51,721 nucleotides of DNA from Cyanophora paradoxa CCMP329 (lineage: Eukaryota > Plantae > Glaucophyta), in contig QPMI01000336.1 of the NCBI GenBank assembly GCA_004431415.1, positions 1-51,721 on the forward strand, read 5' to 3'. The notes beneath the pieces are model-generated. The model saw nothing but the letters and a program-made list of their open reading frames with translations. It had not been told where the DNA came from and ran no database searches. This document shows, one piece after another, positions 47,576 through 51,721 of the stretch. Made by a program: the position numbers and the translations under genes. Numbering within the stretch: the first letter of the stretch is position 1; each line of letters starts with the position of its first letter.

Positions 47576-49383
47576 ATGGCGAAGCCGCGAAAGTCGGGCG
47601 GCGGCGTGCACAGCGCAGGCGCGTCATCTAGCTTACCGCCGCCGTCTCCAGCGAAGAGCGATGGCGCGCCCCGGTCGACGCCGCCGCCGCTCTTCTCGAG
47701 CAAGCCGCAGCGGGAACACCCACACGCCAGCATGAAGCACATGCAGACGCTCCTGTTCTTGATCGCTCTCCTGGCCGTCGATCGGGGGCCCCTCTACGTG
47801 TACACGAACGAGCCGCTGCTCAACTCTTGGCTCTACTTCCTCGGTCCGCCGCCGCGAGGCGGCCGGCGCCCAGGCCGCTAGCTAAGCGCTCGCCCTCGGC
47901 GCGCTCGCGCAGGGAACATCCAGTTCGACATCTTCCTGCAGAACCGGGGTGAGGGGCGCTCTGAGCGCGGCGAGGCGCGCCCTGAATGGGCCTTTGGCAG
48001 AGAACCCGTCGCCGATGGAGTTCAACGCGCTGCGGGCGGCTGCGAGGACGCTGCGGTTCCGAGCGGACTCGCCGCATGGGGCGGCGGACGAGCGATGGTT
48101 TGCGTCGATCAAGGTGCGGGGCCCCGCGCCGCGCCGCGGGCCCAGCCGGGCGCGGCGCCGAGCGGGGCGGGCGGGGCGGGCAGCTGGCGGAGATCCACGA
48201 GCGGTTCCTGGTGGACGAGCGGCTGGCGGTGCTGTACTACCTGCTCTCCACGGAGCTCGCCCCGGAGCGCCCCGAGGCCTGGTTCTTCCTCGGCCAGCAC
48301 TTCCGCCTCCAGAACCGCTACGAGGAGGCCTACCCCTTCCTCCGCCGCGCCTCCTCCCTGCCCACCCCGGACCAGCCGTTCTTCCAGTGGGACCTGCTCT
48401 ACGCCTGCCTCGTGCACGTCGACCTCGCGCGCGTCGCCGTCGGCATGGCCAACCTCTCCCTCCACGAGTGGCGCGCCGTCAAGGCCGGCCTCGCCAAGGC
48501 CCGCCCCGCCCCCGCCCCGCCCCCGCCCCGCCCCCGCAGCGCGGCAGAGCACAGCGGCGCGTCAGCGGCGGCGGCGGCTGACGGGGGCGCGCAGGCGCGG
48601 CCGCGGTGCCCGGACGGGTTCCGCCCCGAGGTCGACGGCCTCGCACGCTTCGCCGACGAGCGCATCGCCGCCGTCCGCCCCCGCCCCCGCTCCCCGCCCC
48701 GCGCCCGTGCCCCTGCCGCCGGCCGACTCCCGTGCAGCTGGTGGCGGAGACGAAGGCGCCGCCCTCCGACTTCCGCCCCACCGTCCAGGGCTTCCTCGAG
48801 GCCCGCCCGCCCTGGCCCGCCCCGCCCCGCCCCGGCGGGCCCGCTGACGGGGTCGGCTGGGGTGCAGCTGCTGGAGGGGCGGGCGGGGGAGCTCAAGCGG
48901 GTCCTCTCGGGGCAGATCGTGGACCGCCGCGGCTCCGGCGGCTCCTCCCGCTACGTCCTCGTCGACCACTGGACGCCCCTCGCCGCCCACCTCGGCCCGC
49001 CCCGCCCCTCCCGCCCAGCCCGCCCGCCTGCCCGCCTGCCCCGCCTGACGCCGCGCAGAGGCCTGGCGCGCCCTGCACGCGCAGGGCAGCACCGACTGCG
49101 CCCACTTCCGCCCGGTGCGGGCCCGCCCGGGGCGGCTCGGGGCTGGCGCCGGCGCTGACCGCCCCCTCAGGTGGCGGCGGAGTACCTCTCCTTCGTCAGC
49201 GCGTACGAGTCCGAGCTCGCCCGGTCCGCTGCCCCGCCCCCCGCCGCCCCGCCGCCCCGCCGCCCCGCCGCCCCGCCGCCCCGCCCTTCCTGAGGGGCCG
49301 GCCCGGGCAGGCTGGTGCCGGACCGGGAGCTCTACTCCGCCTGGCACTCCTTCAACACCCAGTTCAACAAGCTCTGCTCCTGA
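47576..49383 (+). CDS. TPR-like repeat protein with N-terminal hydrophobic segment, ~10 exons
   Basis: Spliced: MAKPRKS...TLLFLIALLAVDRG...LAVLYYLLSTELAPERPEAWFFLGQHFRLQNRYEEAYPFLRRASSLPTPDQPFFQWDLLY...HL|EAWRALH...ELYSAWHSFNTQFNKLCS*, with TGA at 49381-49383. The TPR signature P-x3-EAW-x2-LG-x5-N-x-YEEA is present. Confidence 0.8.
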
Positions 49384-49599
49384 ACGGGTCTCGAAGTCCA
49401 ACGGTTGCTTAGCGGGCCCCGTCCGCACCCCCACCCCCGTCCCCCCTCCCTCACCGGCCTTCCCGTACCCCGCATTCGAACATCGCCCCTTGCCGTCCCC
49501 CCCACACGAGCTGCCATGGGGTTCGGGCCGCGGCGTGCACGAGCTCGCGTTTATTGGGGAGGGCGGAGGGGCGCGGGGGGCCGGAAGGGCTCAGCCGCC

Positions 49600-51721
49600 T
49601 CACGGCTGCTCGACGAAGTTGTAGACGCCGCCGGTGTCGGCGTTGGCGGCGGGGCCCGACGGCCACATCCAGATCAGCGTCCCCCGCCGCTCGTTGATCA
49701 CCTGCCCCGCGCGCCGGCGTCGGGGAAAGGGCGCCCCCGCCGGGCGCGTGCCGGGGCCGGGGCCGGGGCGGGGCCGCGGGGCACCTTGAGGACGCTCTCG
49801 CGGGAGGCGCAGTCGCGGATGTTGAGGAGGAAGTGCTCGAACCGCGGGCCCGCTCCGGGGCGCCCCGCCGCCAGCACCGACGAGATCACCACGCACGCCG
49901 CGTTCGGCGACGGGAACGCCTTCGACGAGAGCCGCAGCAGGTACGTCCCCACCTGCCCCCCGCCCCGTCATCGGCCGGGGATCCGGGGCCGGCGGGCGGG
50001 GCGGGGCGGGGCGTGGCGGACGGGGCAGGGGGCGAGGAGGGCCTCGACGTGGTCGCGGGCCTTGAGGGCGTTGGAGAGGAAGGAGACCTCGCCCCCCGCG
50101 ATCCGCGCCCGGTCCGTCCACAGCTCCCCCGCCTGCCCCGCCCCCTCGGCACCCCGGCGGGGGGAGCGGACGGGCGGGGGCGGGCAGGGGCGGGGCGGAC
50201 GGCGCGGCGGAAGCGGCCGGCGAAGAAGAGCCAGCGCCATAGGCAGTAGAAGTGGCCGTTCCCCAGCGCGTCCGAGTCCCCGCACCCCGCTGCCCCGCCC
50301 CCGCCTCAGGCCCGGGGCGGGGGCGGGGCGGGGGCGGGGCGGGGCGGGGGCGGTGGCGGGCGGACCGCGGTCGCGGAGGAAGGCGGTGGCGTGGGCGTCG
50401 AGGGCCATGCCGGCCGCCGCCAGGTCCAGCTCCCGCTCCGCGAGGGCCACCGCCCGCTGGAAGGGCACGACGCACTCCATCCGCGCCGCCTCCCCCTCCG
50501 CCTCGCTCTCGCTCCCGTCCCCCGCCACGCTCCCCTCCGCCGCCTGCCCCCCCGCCCCGCTCCGCCCCTCGGCGCGGGCCAAACTGGCCGGTCGGGAGCG
50601 GGGGCGGGGGCGGGGCGGACGAGGGCGTCCCACTCGCGCTCGAAGGAGTCGAGGAAGGCGTGCACCAGCGCCAGCATCTCCCCGTACGCCTGCCCCGCCC
50701 CGCCCCGCCCGTCAGCCCCGGAGCCCAGTTTGTGGGAGGCGCCTCGGGAGGGCACGGCCGCGCCTCGATCCGCACGTTCCCCGCCGCCGACCCCACCCGC
50801 CGCAGCTCCTCCCCTGCCGCCCGCCTCGCCCCTCGCCCCGCGCGCCGGGGGCGGGGGCGGCGGGGCGGGCGCACCGACGGCGGCCCACCACTCGGGGTGC
50901 GGACGGCCGGCACCACGTGGCTCATGCTCCACTGCCGCGTGACGACCTGCGGCCGCGCCGGTCGCCCCCGGCTTGGAAGGTGCAGGGCGGGGCGGGGCGC
51001 GGGGGCGGGCGGGCCTCGTCGATGATGCGGTCGACCTCGTCGCTCCGGATGCTGTTCACGGTGAGGATGTTGTACAGGTTCGACGCGAACTGCGCCCCCC
51101 GCGCTCGCCCGCCGCCCCCGCGCCCGCCCGCACCCCGCCGCCCCGGCACCGCGCACCCGCACGGGGCTCCCAGGCGGTGGCGCCGAAGGGCCGGCCCCGG
51201 CCGCGGCGGCCGCGGGCGGCGCGGCGGCGGGGTTGGGGGCGGAGGGCATGGAGGGGGCGCTGCCGAGCTCCAGGCCGATGTTGTCTGCGGGGCGGCTCGC
51301 GGGCGGCCGGGGATGCGGGGCGGGGCGGGGCGGGGCGGAGCGGGCCGACGAGGATGTCCTCGAAGCCGAAGTGAATGTCACCCCAGTCCACGTCCAGGGC
51401 GGGGCCCGCCAGCAGCCCCGCCCCCGCCACTCCCGCCTCCGCCCCGGGCCCGGGCCCCGACCCCGCCGCCTCCACCCGGGCCCTCTTCTGCGGCGGCTCC
51501 CCCTCTGCGCCCCGCGTCACCTCTGCCCCCGCGGCAGGGCGGGCGGGCGGGCGGGCGCGCCGAAGGAGAGCGGGGAGAAGGCAGAGGAGGGGGTGGGCGG
51601 GGAGGGGGCGCTGCCCGGCATCCCGTCGAACTTGAGCAGGCCGAGGGCGGCGGGATCCGAGAGGGGCGCCCCCGGCGCGCTCCCCGCCACGGGCATGGGC
51701 GGTCCGGCGGCGGCAGCGGGC
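49600..51721 (-). CDS. 3' part of an SH2-domain-containing protein (5' end outside the window)
   Basis: Spliced C-terminus: LWTDRARIAGGEVSFLSNALKARDHVEALLAPCP|VGTYLLRLSSKAFPSPNAACVVISSV...FEHFLLNIRDC...VLK|VINERRGTLIWMWP...EQP*. This matches the SH2 alphaA-betaB (LL..P.GT[FY]LLRxS), betaC and betaD (xH[FY]) pattern. Confidence 0.7.

Noticed and set aside
1-51721. Naming the organism (intron style suggested a glaucophyte such as Cyanophora)
   Set aside because: An impression only; there is no marker gene in the window to support it.

Overview
Eukaryotic, GC-rich genomic DNA from a flagellated protist or alga, with many short spliceosomal introns (about 55-110 nt); there is no prokaryotic gene organisation or CRISPR array. 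The main feature is an apparently single gene of about 30 kb on the minus strand (ATG 34345 to about 4591). Spliced by hand, it encodes a very large type-I membrane protein (roughly 8000 aa, estimated). Its order is: signal peptide, unassigned micro-exon-rich region, bacterial-adhesin-like module, FN3-like domain, (NTT)x~10 stalk, polycystin-type REJ module, GAIN/GPS autoproteolysis motif, one TM helix, and a predicted cytoplasmic tail of about 53 FN3-like domains. The GPS motif C-T-H-L|T-T-F needs a 6-nt micro-exon and a GC-AG intron. Most of the tail is a 16-kb array of near-identical 1075/1201-bp exon+intron units. Upstream is a palindrome-rich intergenic zone with a Tc1/mariner-type MITE and a hAT-type MITE. 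The right end holds DLEC1/CFAP81 (minus), a head-to-head TPR-like gene (plus) and the 3' part of an SH2-domain gene (minus); the TPR-like and SH2 genes have several GC-AG introns. The left end has two GC-rich satellites. Gene models are manual splicing inferences with no transcript data. Small indels in G/C runs look like long-read errors.
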